Shown one piece after another: positions 9,187-27,396 of a stretch of DNA of 64,000 bases. Location: positions 229,517 to 293,516 of the forward strand of contig JANQOX010000012.1 of the NCBI GenBank assembly GCA_028285625.1, read 5' to 3'. This DNA is from Myxococcota bacterium (GTDB lineage Bacteria; Myxococcota_A; UBA9160; UBA6930). The number at the start of each line of letters is the position of its first letter. Position 1 is the stretch's first letter. The position numbers were made by a program, and so were the translations under genes. Below the pieces are notes generated by a model that worked only from the letters and a program-made list of their open reading frames with translations, did not search any database and was not told the origin of the DNA.

Positions 9187-10143
9187 TCAACCGGGATCGC
9201 CCAGGATGGCTTCCAGCTTGCGGGGCGCGAGCACCGTGCAGATGCGCGCAATGCGGCCGCTCGCGTCGAGCCACCCGATGGTTGCAAAACGAGGCGCGAT
9301 GCCCTCGCGCGGCTCGGTCGCGGTTCCCACCAGCGCGGGCATGCCGTTCAACGTACGCAGCTCGAACGTCGGCGGACCCGAGAGACGCAACACGTTCAGG
9401 TGGAAGCGCGCGACACGCGAAGCACCGGTCACCTCCACACGCGCCGCGTGGAACTCGCCCCCTGCGTCGGTCGTGAGGACGACGTCTTCGGAGAGCAGGG
9501 ACTCCACCTGGGTGATGTCGCCGGTGGCGAGGGCCTCGAGGAAGCGGCCTAGCATGCCGACCATTCGGCCCGCGGCGTCGGGCTCGCGTTGTGGCCGCGT
9601 GGCGTCGTACGGTGCCATGGCCAACCGCGCGCGCCGCAGGTGCTGACGGACGTTGGGCTCGCGCAGGCCCAGGGCTTCGGCGGTCTCGCTGCCGGTGTAG
9701 TCGAAGACGTCGCGCAGCAGCAGCACGGCCCGCTGGGTCGGGGTGAGCGCCTCGAGTGCGAGCAAGAACGCGTAGGAAACGGACTCGAGCAGCTCGTAGC
9801 GCCCTTCGGTGTCGGCGGGCTCGTGTGCCGGTAGCGCGAAGCGCTCGGCCTCCTCGATGGGTTCGGGCAACCACGGCCCGTCGTAGGCACGGCGGCGGCG
9901 GCGGCGCAGGTGATCGCGCCCCAGGTTCAGGGCCACGCGCGCGAGCCACGGTCGCCAGGGCCGCGCGCGGTCGGGCGGGGGGCGCGACAGGGCGCGCTCG
10001 AACGTCGCCTGCAGCAGGTCCTCTGCGTCCTGCGCCGAGCCGGTGAGCCGGTAGAGCAGGCCGAACAGGTAGCCACGGTCGGCTCGGTAGGCGTCTTCGA
10101 GACCGGGCAACGGCTCGGCCGGGCCGGTGGCGGTCTCGCTCAT
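9187..10143 (-). CDS. ECF sigma factor with a fused C-terminal SnoaL-like domain (SigJ / ECF41-like)
   Basis: ATG at 10143 (MSETATG...). It has a sigma2 region (DAEDLLQATFERAL), the GPWLPEP linker motif, a sigma4 region (TQRAVLLLRDVFDYTGSETAEALGLREPNVRQHLRRAR) and a ~110-aa C-terminal extension. The start overlaps the upstream gene's stop (ATGA). Confidence 0.8.
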   Translation of the reverse strand: MSETATGPAEPLPGLEDAYRADRGYLFGLLYRLTGSAQDAEDLLQATFERALSRPPPDRARPWRPWLARVALNLGRDHLRRRRRRAYDGPWLPEPIEEAERFALPAHEPADTEGRYELLESVSYAFLLALEALTPTQRAVLLLRDVFDYTGSETAEALGLREPNVRQHLRRARLAMAPYDATRPQREPDAAGRMVGMLGRFLEALATGDITQVESLLSEDVVLTTDAGGEFHAARVEVTGASRVARFHLNVLRLSGPPTFELRTLNGMPALVGTATEPREGIAPRFATIGWLDASGRIARICTVLAPRKLEAILGDPG

Positions 10144-11426
10144 GCGGCGCGCGCCGCCGCGCGCCCGGCCTGCTCGCCGCTGGCGAACGACGCGTCCACC
10201 AGCTGGCCACGAGACCCGACCCAGTCGCCCGCCACGTAGAGGCCGCTCTTGCCGGGAACCGCCGGGCCCGGACGGCCGGCCAGGCCCCCTCGGTCGGCGC
10301 GGGGGACGGCATGGGTGACCCGCAGATCGGCGGCGAGACTCTGGGCGACCACATGGTCGCGCCAACCCGGCTGGAGCAGGTCCAGGATGTCTCCGAATTC
10401 GCGGGTGAGCCCGTTGCGGTCGGGCTTCTCGTCGGGTGCGAGGTAGCGCGCCACGTGGACGACGGCGCCGCCCTCGGGTGCCAACCCCGTCGCCACGTCG
10501 CTGTGTACGGCGCAGTAGGTCGGCTCGTCGATGCCCAGCGCAAAGCGCCGACGCGGGTCGGGGAGCGTCGAGAGCCCCAGGTCGAGGCAGGCCGCGCGCA
10601 CCGGGAGCGAGGTCTCGGCCTGCTCGCAGAACCACGGGTCGGCCCCGGCGTCCACCAGGGCGCTCGCCTCTGCTGGGCCCATTGCGAGCACCACGGCCTC
10701 GGCGTCCACCTCGGAGCCATCCTGCAGACGCAGCCCCAGGGTGCGGCCCGCCTGAGCCCGCAGCGCCGCACCGCGCGCGCCGGTGTGGATGCGCGCACCG
10801 GCTTGCCGCGCCCGCTCGGCCAGCGCGTCGACCATGCCCTGCCAACCGCCATCCAGGTACAGCACGCCGGGATCGAGCCCTGCCACCACCTGCCGGATCG
10901 CGGCTCCCGCGCTCATCTGTTCGGGCGCGTTCGCGTAGGTGGTCAGGCGCACCACCGCTTCGACCGCCGCTCGGGCAGCGGGCGAACCGATCTCGGCCTC
11001 GAGAAAGGCGCGCAGGCTCTGCCCATCCCAGTCCGACGCCTCGATGCGCGGGAGCCGCATCAGCGCGCGGCCGAGGGCGAGCTTGTCGGGCAGCCGCAGC
11101 AGGCTGGTGGTGAGCAGCGAGACCGGCCCGCCCGGCAGGGCGTGCAGGCTGCCGCCGTGAAGGGCCAGGCTGCCATTGATCGGGGGCCGGGCGCCGGCGG
11201 GGTGGATGCCGAGGGCCCCGAGCACGCGCGCCGCTTCGCCCCCGGCGTAGAGGGCATGCGGCCCGAGGTTGAACCGGAACCCGTTCGTCTCGCGGGTGCG
11301 CGCCCGACCGCCCGGCTTCGAAACGGTCTCGTACAGGTCGACCTCGGCGCCGGCCCCGGCAGCCACCGCCGCGGCGGTGAGCCCGGCGACCCCGCCTCCC
11401 ACGATGCAGACACGTCGAACGCTCAT
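10140..11426 (-). CDS. NAD(P)/FAD-dependent oxidoreductase (amine oxidase / phytoene desaturase-like)
   Basis: ATG at 11426 is preceded by AGGAGG. It has a Rossmann dinucleotide motif (VCIVGGGVAGLTAAA...DLYE), then GGRART...GPHALY, and a C-terminal LYVAGDW motif. Confidence 0.75.
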   Translation of the reverse strand: MSVRRVCIVGGGVAGLTAAAVAAGAGAEVDLYETVSKPGGRARTRETNGFRFNLGPHALYAGGEAARVLGALGIHPAGARPPINGSLALHGGSLHALPGGPVSLLTTSLLRLPDKLALGRALMRLPRIEASDWDGQSLRAFLEAEIGSPAARAAVEAVVRLTTYANAPEQMSAGAAIRQVVAGLDPGVLYLDGGWQGMVDALAERARQAGARIHTGARGAALRAQAGRTLGLRLQDGSEVDAEAVVLAMGPAEASALVDAGADPWFCEQAETSLPVRAACLDLGLSTLPDPRRRFALGIDEPTYCAVHSDVATGLAPEGGAVVHVARYLAPDEKPDRNGLTREFGDILDLLQPGWRDHVVAQSLAADLRVTHAVPRADRGGLAGRPGPAVPGKSGLYVAGDWVGSRGQLVDASFASGEQAGRAAARAA

Positions 11427-11452
11427 CTGGAATCCTCCTATTCTGACGTACC

Positions 11453-11479
11453 CACGTTCGAGACCCCGAGAACGTGACA
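11453..11479 (-). promoter_or_regulatory. Candidate ECF41-type promoter (TGTCACG-N16-CGTG) upstream of the oxidoreductase/sigma operon
   Basis: The minus strand reads TGTCACG (11479-11473), a 16-nt spacer, then CGTG (11456-11453), about 27 nt upstream of the ATG. As I recall it, the ECF41 target consensus is TGTCACA-N16-CGTC. Confidence 0.35.
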
Positions 11480-11596
11480 ACCCCCGCGGGAGGCAACGCC
11501 CCGGGGCATCGCCCGCGTGGTTGCCGCCATCCGGGTGCAGCGCCTACGTGGTTGCCGGGCCGGCAACGGGTACCCTCGGCGCCCGGAGGGGATCCC

Positions 11597-12633
11597 GTGC
11601 CGAGCCGTCCCGAACGCTTTGCCCACCTGCTGGCCGCCGCGCTCATCGCCCTGCTGGCGGCGAGCCCCGCGGCCCTTGCCCAGGACGACCTCGTGGACGG
11701 CATCGCCGCCCAGGTGGGGGGCGACATCGTCCTGATCTCCGAGGTGAATCAGTTGGCGGCGCCCGCCGAGTCGCGCATCCGCGAGGGCGGCGGGGGCGAA
11801 GACGACATCGCCATGGTCCGCGCCGAGATCCTCGAGCGGCTGATCGAGCGCGCCATCCTGCGCCAGGTGGTCCGCAAGGCCGAGCTCGAAGCCAGCGACC
11901 AGGAGGTGGACGAAGCCATCGAGGCGATCGCCCACGAAAACGGGATCAGCTTCGACCAGCTGCAGCAGAGCGTCGAGGCCCAGGGCATGCCGTTCGACCT
12001 CTACCGCGATCGCATTCGCGCGGAGATCGAGCAGTCGAAGGTGGTGAGCGGCATGGTCGCCTCGCAGGTGCGCATCGACGAGGACGAGGTGCGCGCGCTC
12101 TACCAGAAGGAGTACGCCGACCAACCCACCGGCGGCGCCGAGCTGCACGTGCGCCACCTGCTGGTGCCGTTCGACCCCGAGAATCCGCTGTCGCAGGGGT
12201 CGGCCTGCGCCAAGGTACGCGCCGCCCACGCCCGCATCGCCTCGGGGGAGGCCTTCCGCCAGGTGGCCTCGGAGGTTTCGGTCGTGAACCCCGGCACGGG
12301 CGGCGACATGGGCTGGATCCACGACCGCGACCTGGCGGGCTGGATGCGACCGGCCCTCGCTCCGCTCGAAGCGGGGCAGTTCACCGACGTGATCGAGACG
12401 AGTTTCGGCTGCAACGTGCTCGAGCTGGTCGACCGGCGCACCTTCGTCCCCAAGACCTACGAAGAGGCGCGGGAGTCCCTGCGGCGGGAGCTCTTTGGCG
12501 AGCGCATGAACGAGGAGTACCGCGAGTTCCTCGAAGAGATGCGCGAGCGCACCTTCATCGATCGCAAGGGCATCTACGCCGATGCCGCGCGGCTGCGCAC
12601 CCAGCCCGCGCCCGACCCGGGCGTGGGCGACTT

Positions 12634-12637
<4 letters not shown>
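11597..12637 (+). CDS. SurA-like periplasmic peptidyl-prolyl isomerase / chaperone
   Basis: GTG at 11597 is preceded by GGAGGG. It has a signal peptide ([21 protein letters not shown]), a SurA_N-like region and a parvulin (PpiC) domain (HVRHLLV...GGDMGWI...FGCNVLEL). Confidence 0.75.
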
Positions 12638-15476
<2,839 letters not shown>

Positions 15477-15480
<4 letters not shown>

Positions 15481-16414
15481 GCGCGGACGCCACACCGCCT
15501 TCGCCCACGCCGTCCGGGGCGCTCGTCGCCACCCTGGCGGCCACCTGCATCACCTGGGCATCGTTCCTGATCCTGCTGCCCGTTGCGGGCGCGACCCTGG
15601 GCCTGGCCGTAGGCGCCACGCTGGGGCTCGGCGGGATGGCCGCGCTGCTGGTGCGAACCGTCGAGCCTCCGGGCGACTTCGGTCTGCGCGGCCTACGGCC
15701 TGCGATCGCCCTGGTGATCGCCCTCGCGGCCCCCGCGGTCGTCGTGACCAGCGAGATCGACAACTGGGTGGCCGAGATCCTCCCGCGGCCCGAAGCCCTG
15801 GAGCAGGCTTCCGCCAAGACCGGACCGCCGACGCCCGCCGACGCGGGGGCACCGGACCCGGATGCGATCGACGCGGAGCCGTCCCTTCCGTCTGCGGACG
15901 GAGGCACGGCTTCGGAAACGGACGAAGACGTCCCGCTGGGTGCCCTCGCGGCTCTCGAGGTGTTGCTCTTCGCGGCGTTGCTCCGTCCGGTTCTCGAGGA
16001 GTTCTTCTTCCGCGGCGTGATCCACCAAGGGCTCGCGCCGGTCCTTGGAACGCTCCGAACGGTGTTCGCCACGGCGCTCTTGTTCGCCACCCTGCGCGCG
16101 AGCTTCGGCCTCGGCGACCCGTACGCCATGACGACCCTCGGTGCGCAGGCACTGGTGGAGGGGCTCTTCCTCGGCGGGCTACGCGTCGCGACCGGATCGA
16201 TCTTCGCGGGTGTGGCCTACCAGGCGGCCACGCAGACGCTCGGGCTCGTCGCCGTGAGCTTTGCGGGGGCGATGCCGCTGGCGGGCTTCAACGCCGAGGG
16301 GGCCCACACGCCGTTCGCCATCGTGCTGGCGTGCGCCCTCTCGGCCGGGTTCGGGCTCCGACTGGCCTTCCGGGTCGGCGCTGCGCCGCTACCCGAGCCC
16401 AAGGCCGACGTCGA

Positions 16415-16418
<4 letters not shown>
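15477..16418 (+). CDS. CPBP family intramembrane glutamic endopeptidase (CAAX protease-like)
   Basis: Polytopic membrane ORF with the EExxxR motif (LEEFFFRGVIHQGL). Its GTG start overlaps the uvrA stop. Confidence 0.75.
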
Positions 16419-17686
<1,268 letters not shown>

Positions 17687-17720
17687 CGGGGTCTCCGGGT
17701 CGGGAGGAACGGGGTAGAGC

Positions 17721-18329
17721 CTACAGCAGCCCAGGCAGACGACGCCGAACCGCTGCTGCCACCGCTGCGGCGACGGCGTCGGGCGTGCCGTTGCCGTCGA
17801 CCCGCTCGAGCCAGGGCAGATCGAGTTCATCGAAGATCGCGGCCGCCTTCGCGAGGAAGGTCTCCTCCTCGAAGACCGGCTCGTGGGTCTCGCCCCTCGC
17901 CGAGACGCGCTGCATACCCTGTTCGGCAGCGACCTCGACCAGGACCACCAGATCGGGCTCGGGAAACGCCGCCCGGCTGTGGGCGAGGATCTTCTGCCAG
18001 TCGAGACCGCGCGCCCCCTGGTAGGCGACCGTCGACAGGTAGTAGCGGTCGCACAGCACGATCTCTCCGCGCCCGAGCGCCGGCGCCAAGACGTCGCGCA
18101 CGTGTTCTCGTCGCTGTTCCTGGAACCACGCCAGCTCGACTTCGGGAGCGACGGGCTCGCCCGACCGGGCCATGGTGCGGATGCGGCGGCCCGCCTCGCA
18201 GTCGTACGGCTCGCGCGTTCGCACCACGGCGTGTCCGGCCGACCCGAGCGCATCGCCGAGCAGACCCAGCTGCGTGCTCTTGCCGCAGCCGTCGATGCCC
18301 TCGAAGACGATCAGTTTGCCGCCGTTCAC
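17721..18329 (-). CDS. tmk: dTMP (thymidylate) kinase
   Basis: P-loop FEGIDGCGKSTQ and the DRYYLSTVAYQG motif; 202 aa. Confidence 0.9.
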   Translation of the reverse strand: MNGGKLIVFEGIDGCGKSTQLGLLGDALGSAGHAVVRTREPYDCEAGRRIRTMARSGEPVAPEVELAWFQEQRREHVRDVLAPALGRGEIVLCDRYYLSTVAYQGARGLDWQKILAHSRAAFPEPDLVVLVEVAAEQGMQRVSARGETHEPVFEEETFLAKAAAIFDELDLPWLERVDGNGTPDAVAAAVAAAVRRRLPGLL

Positions 18330-18734
18330 GGGTGCGTCACCGACCGTCGTTCACGCGCGAGCCGTGCCGGGCGACCCGGTCCGAGACAAGTCACCGGATT
18401 CGAAGAGGAACGCAGCGGGAAGAACACGGGGGGAGCTTGGCACGGCCGTTGCTCTTGTCGAGTGCAGGCTCGCCACCCCTCGACCGGGACCGGGGGAAAG
18501 CGGGCGGAGGCCTCCGAGCCGGGGGCTTGGTTGTGGCGCGGGATTTCCAAACGGGGTGAGGCCCGCGTCGCTGCTCCTGGCTCGGGGGTCTCATCTTTCG
18601 ATTGGCCGCCGCGACCGGCCACGTGCAAGGGAGCTGCTCGGGGCGGGCGGCGGGGACGGGGGTTTGGGTGATCGGCCGCTGGAGTGGGCGAGCGCGGGAC
18701 GGGCGTGGGTGGATTCGTGCCCAAATGCAAGAAC

Positions 18735-18761
18735 GGCGACTCCACTTGGTGTGGAGCCGCC
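18735..18761 (-). terminator. Candidate intrinsic terminator about 100 nt downstream of atpE
   Basis: The minus strand forms GGCGGCTCCAC-ACCAA-GTGGAGTCGCC (one mismatch), followed by GTTCTTGCATTT. Confidence 0.4.
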
Positions 18762-18860
18762 GCTCGAAGTCGACCGAAGTGATGCGCCGCGTCCCTGCCG
18801 CTCGATGCACGGTTCGCACCGTCGAGCAGCCGGTCGCGGCTGTCCCTTCAGAAGGCCTTG

Positions 18861-19220
18861 CTAGATCTTGCCCTGCAGGAGCAGGCCGATCACGAGGCCG
18901 TAGATGGCGATGGACTCGATGAGCACCATGCCGAGAATGAAGTTGGTGAACATCGCGCCCGCGGCGCCCGGGTTGCGGGCGATGCCGGCCGTGGTGTTGC
19001 CCGCGGTCAGGCCCTGGCCGATGCCACAGCCGAGGCCGGCGAGGCCGACGGCCAGGCCAGCGCCGAGGGCGTAGCCCCAGGTCCCGTCGCTGCCGCCCGC
19101 GCTCTGGGCGAAGGCCGCGAGCGGGGTGACGAGCAACACCGCGAGGGTGGTGAGGAAAAGACCGATCTTCCGCATGGTTTGGAGTCTCCTTGGTTGGGTT
19201 GGGGGCAGGCCCGCGCTCAA
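18861..19220 (-). CDS. atpE: F0 ATP synthase subunit c, with an N-terminal signal-peptide-like extension
   Basis: GLGCGIGQG...ARNP...LIESIAIYGLVIGLLL forms the c-subunit hairpin. The ATG is preceded by AAGGAGA. The first ~24 aa (MRKIGLFLTTLAVLLVTPLAAFA) are extra. Confidence 0.9.
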   Translation of the reverse strand: MSAGLPPTQPRRLQTMRKIGLFLTTLAVLLVTPLAAFAQSAGGSDGTWGYALGAGLAVGLAGLGCGIGQGLTAGNTTAGIARNPGAAGAMFTNFILGMVLIESIAIYGLVIGLLLQGKI

Positions 19221-19936
19221 TGCGCTTCTTCGAGGGCCAGGCCGATGTAGATCATGCTGAGCAGGCTGAACACGAACGCCTGGAGGAAGGCCACCAGCAT
19301 GCCGAGGCCCATGAACACGGCGGGCACGGCCACCGGAACGATGAGCAGCCAGACGGCCACCACGGTGTGGTCTGCGAACATGTTCGCGAGCAGACGAACC
19401 GCCAGGGTGAAGATGCGCGAGAGATGGCTCACCAGCTCGATGGGAGCGTAGAGCGGAGCCAGCAGGCGCAGGTGGTAGGTCTTGTCGCCCACCTTGAGGT
19501 CATAGAGGCTTGGCCCGAGGAAGTGGTTCACGTAGGACCACCCGTGTTCCTTGATGCCGACGAACTGGTGGAGCACGAACGAGATGATCGCCCAGGCCCA
19601 GGTGGTGTCCGCGTAGGACGTCGCGCCGTCGATGCCGGGGACCAGCCCGATCATGTTCGAGACGAGAATGAACACGAAGATGGTCGCGACCCAGGGGAAG
19701 TAGGTCTTCCACTTCGGGCCCATGTTGTCCTCGGCGAGGCCCGCCAGGAACTCGACCAGGATCTCCATCACGTTGCGGACGGAGAGCCCCTCGTCGGGGA
19801 TCACGCCACCGTCGCTGGATGCGATGCGCGCCCGCACGATCAGGCCGGTGGCGATCAGCAGCCCGGCGGCAAACAACGTCGACCAGATCGCGACCGGGAT
19901 TCCCGTCGCGTCGTAGAGCGAACCGAACAGGCTCAC
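19217..19936 (-). CDS. atpB: F0 ATP synthase subunit a
   Basis: Contains the conserved LAVRLLANMFADH motif and multiple transmembrane segments. It overlaps atpE and atpI by 4 nt each. Confidence 0.9.
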   Translation of the reverse strand: MSLFGSLYDATGIPVAIWSTLFAAGLLIATGLIVRARIASSDGGVIPDEGLSVRNVMEILVEFLAGLAEDNMGPKWKTYFPWVATIFVFILVSNMIGLVPGIDGATSYADTTWAWAIISFVLHQFVGIKEHGWSYVNHFLGPSLYDLKVGDKTYHLRLLAPLYAPIELVSHLSRIFTLAVRLLANMFADHTVVAVWLLIVPVAVPAVFMGLGMLVAFLQAFVFSLLSMIYIGLALEEAH

Positions 19937-20421
19937 GAAACCGTCTCCTCGGTGACGCGCGCCGCGTCTTCTTCCTCGTCCGCGCCGGGGGTGCGCTCAC
20001 GGGCGAGCCAGGGGTTCCATTCATCCCAACTGGGGTCGTCCGGCGCGAGCGCCGGTGCCGACTGGGGCAGGGGTCGGTGCTGCCAGGCGGCCAGCACGAC
20101 CGCGGGCACCATCAGCGACAGGCCCACCACCAGGCCTACCGGGTGCGCGCCGGCGTCGAGCGCCACCCAGAGCGCGGCCCCGAGCAGCACGAAGCGCAGG
20201 CCGAATGCCCCCATGGCGGCGGCGCTCGCCGGGCCCTTGCCCAGCAGGACGCGCTCGCTGCTTCGCCACAGTGCGCGGAAGTTCATGATCTCGAGCCCGG
20301 CGCCCAGGGCCAGACTCGCGGCGAACAGAGGCGACACCAGCCACCACGACGCAGCGCAAGCCCCGGCCGAGAAGGCCAGGTTCCATCGCGTCACGTCGCT
20401 TCGCTCGAGGCGCCGGTTCAT
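19933..20421 (-). CDS. atpI: ATP synthase protein I-like small membrane protein
   Basis: ATG at 20421 (MNRRLERSD...). It has four hydrophobic segments and lies immediately upstream of atpB. Confidence 0.6.
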   Translation of the reverse strand: MNRRLERSDVTRWNLAFSAGACAASWWLVSPLFAASLALGAGLEIMNFRALWRSSERVLLGKGPASAAAMGAFGLRFVLLGAALWVALDAGAHPVGLVVGLSLMVPAVVLAAWQHRPLPQSAPALAPDDPSWDEWNPWLARERTPGADEEEDAARVTEETVS

Positions 20422-20729
20422 CGCTCGTCTTCGTCCTCTTCGTCCTCTTCTGGAAAGCCCAGCGTCGGGACGCCCGCCTCTTCCGCTTCGGCCGCGGCTT
20501 CCTCGACCAGGTGCCGCATGCGCACGAGCCGCATCACGAATGCACCGAAGCCGATCAGCATGCCCACCAGGAGAAGGATCGGCTCCGTCTCGAAGTAGGA
20601 GTCGGCCCACCAGCCGAGGCCGGTGGCGATCGGGATGGAGAAGGCGGCCTCCATGGCCCACTGATAGGCCCTGGCGCCGCGCTGACTCGAGAGACCCGAG
20701 CCCTCTTCCTGATCGCGCCGACTTTCCAA
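20418..20729 (-). CDS. atpZ: AtpZ/AtpI-family small membrane protein (putative F0F1 accessory subunit)
   Basis: Two transmembrane segments (IATGLGWWADSYF...PILLLVGMLIGFGAFV) and an acidic tail. The candidate TTG at 20729 is preceded by AGGAG; the alternative is ATG at 20654. Confidence 0.55.
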   Translation of the reverse strand: MESRRDQEEGSGLSSQRGARAYQWAMEAAFSIPIATGLGWWADSYFETEPILLLVGMLIGFGAFVMRLVRMRHLVEEAAAEAEEAGVPTLGFPEEDEEDEDER

Positions 20730-20827
20730 GCTCTGCTCCTGGAGCGCCGAGGCAACCGCCGGAGAAGAAGCGGCGCGGATACTAGCCGAGGGTGCTGCGG
20801 CCGTAAACGCGGCCGCGGTCGCCGAAC

Positions 20828-22132
20828 CTACCGGATCTTGGCCACTTTTCGGAAAGCTGCCGCGGCCGCGTCGAGCGTCCGGGCAATCTCCCGGCGGCTG
20901 TGGGCCAGCGAGACGAAACCCGCCTCGTAGGGCGACGGCGCCAGGTAGACGCCCGCCTCGAGCATGGAGGCGAAGAAGCGGCGGAACCGTTCGCCGTGGG
21001 CCTTCTTGGCATCCTCGAAGTTCCGGACCGGACCGGGGTGGAAGAAGAAACCGAACATCCCCCCGATGGAGGTCGTGGTGAACTCGACGCCCGCCTCCTC
21101 TGCGGCCTCGGCCAGACCGGAGGCCATCGCCTGGCTCCTCTCGGCCAGCGCATCGTAGACGCCGGGCTCGGAGAGCCGGCGAAGCGTCACCAGGCCCGCG
21201 GCGCTGGCCAGCGGGTTGCCCGAGAGCGTCCCTGCCTGGTAGACGGGGCCCACGGGGGCCATCTGGCTCATGACGTCGCGGCGGCCCCCGTAGGCGGCGG
21301 CGGGCAGGCCCCCGCCCACCACCTTGCCGAGGCAGGTGAGGTCGGGCTTCACCCGGTAGTGGCGCTGCGCGCCGCCCCAGGCCACGCGAAAGCCGGTCAT
21401 CACCTCGTCGAAGACGAGCAGTGCCCCGTGGCGGTCGCACATCTCGCGAAGACCCTGGAGAAATCCCGGCAGCGGCGGGACGCAGCCCATGTTGCCTGCC
21501 ACCGGCTCGACCAGGACACAGGCGAGGTCGGGCCCATGGCGCTTGAATGCCGAGGCCACCGACGAGAGGTCGTTGTACGGCACCTGCACCGTCAGGCGCG
21601 TGAACTCTTCGGGCACGCCCGGTGAGCCCGGGATGCCCAGCGTGGCCACACCGCTTCCGGCGCCCACGAGCAGCGCGTCGGCATGGCCGTGGTAGCAGCC
21701 CTCGAACTTCAGGATCTTGCGCCGGCCGGTCGCAGCGCGGGCCAGGCGGATGGCGCTCATGGTGGCCTCGGTCCCCGAGGACACGAAGCGCACCTGCTGG
21801 ACCGAGGGCAGCGCGCTGCAGACGAGCTCGGCGATCTCCACCTCGGCCTCGGTGGGTGCGCCGAAGCTGGTGCCGGCGCTGGCTGCGCGCTTGACCGCCG
21901 CGAGCACCTCGCGGTCGGCGTGCCCGAGGATGAGCGGGCCCCACGAGCCGACGTAGTCGGTGTAGGTGTGTCCGTCCACGTCGGTCACGGTGGCGCCGCG
22001 ACCGCTCTGGATGAACGGCGGCGTGCCGCCCACCGAGCCGTAGGCCCGAACCGGACTGTTCACACCGCCCGGGATCACCTTGCGCGCGCGGCGCATCAGC
22101 GCCTTCGAGTTCTTCTGATCGAGGGGGGCCAC
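20828..22132 (-). CDS. hemL: Glutamate-1-semialdehyde 2,1-aminomutase
   Basis: 434 aa; IPGGVNSPVRAY, a class-III aminotransferase pattern, and the PLP-Lys region CLGKVVGGG. Confidence 0.92.
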   Translation of the reverse strand: MAPLDQKNSKALMRRARKVIPGGVNSPVRAYGSVGGTPPFIQSGRGATVTDVDGHTYTDYVGSWGPLILGHADREVLAAVKRAASAGTSFGAPTEAEVEIAELVCSALPSVQQVRFVSSGTEATMSAIRLARAATGRRKILKFEGCYHGHADALLVGAGSGVATLGIPGSPGVPEEFTRLTVQVPYNDLSSVASAFKRHGPDLACVLVEPVAGNMGCVPPLPGFLQGLREMCDRHGALLVFDEVMTGFRVAWGGAQRHYRVKPDLTCLGKVVGGGLPAAAYGGRRDVMSQMAPVGPVYQAGTLSGNPLASAAGLVTLRRLSEPGVYDALAERSQAMASGLAEAAEEAGVEFTTTSIGGMFGFFFHPGPVRNFEDAKKAHGERFRRFFASMLEAGVYLAPSPYEAGFVSLAHSRREIARTLDAAAAAFRKVAKIR

Positions 22133-22136
22133 GGAG

Positions 22137-24704
<2,568 letters not shown>

Positions 24705-24740
24705 CGTTGTCGCGGTGGGTTGCGTCCCGGTCCGGTGGGA

Positions 24741-27326
<2,586 letters not shown>

Positions 27327-27396
27327 TCAAACCCTCGAAATCAAAGCGATTTCGGGAAAATCGGCGCGCCGTTGGTTAGGCGGCTCGCAGGGGTCC

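Noticed and set aside
18330-18860. A ncRNA gene (tmRNA, RNase P RNA, SRP or 6S) in the 530-bp tmk-atpE gap
   Set aside because: No tRNA-like end with a proper T-arm, no RNase P conserved boxes and no SRP GGAA-type motif were recognisable on either strand. Only a terminator-like hairpin could be supported. An unknown RNA cannot be excluded without a covariance search.
18861-19220. Na+-coupling of the ATP synthase inferred from c-subunit residues (Q in GIGQG; E-S and Y in LIESIAIYG)
   Set aside because: Part of the Na+ signature is present, but the Thr following Glu-Ser is Ile. H+-dependent c-rings can carry similar residues, so ion specificity cannot be called from sequence alone.
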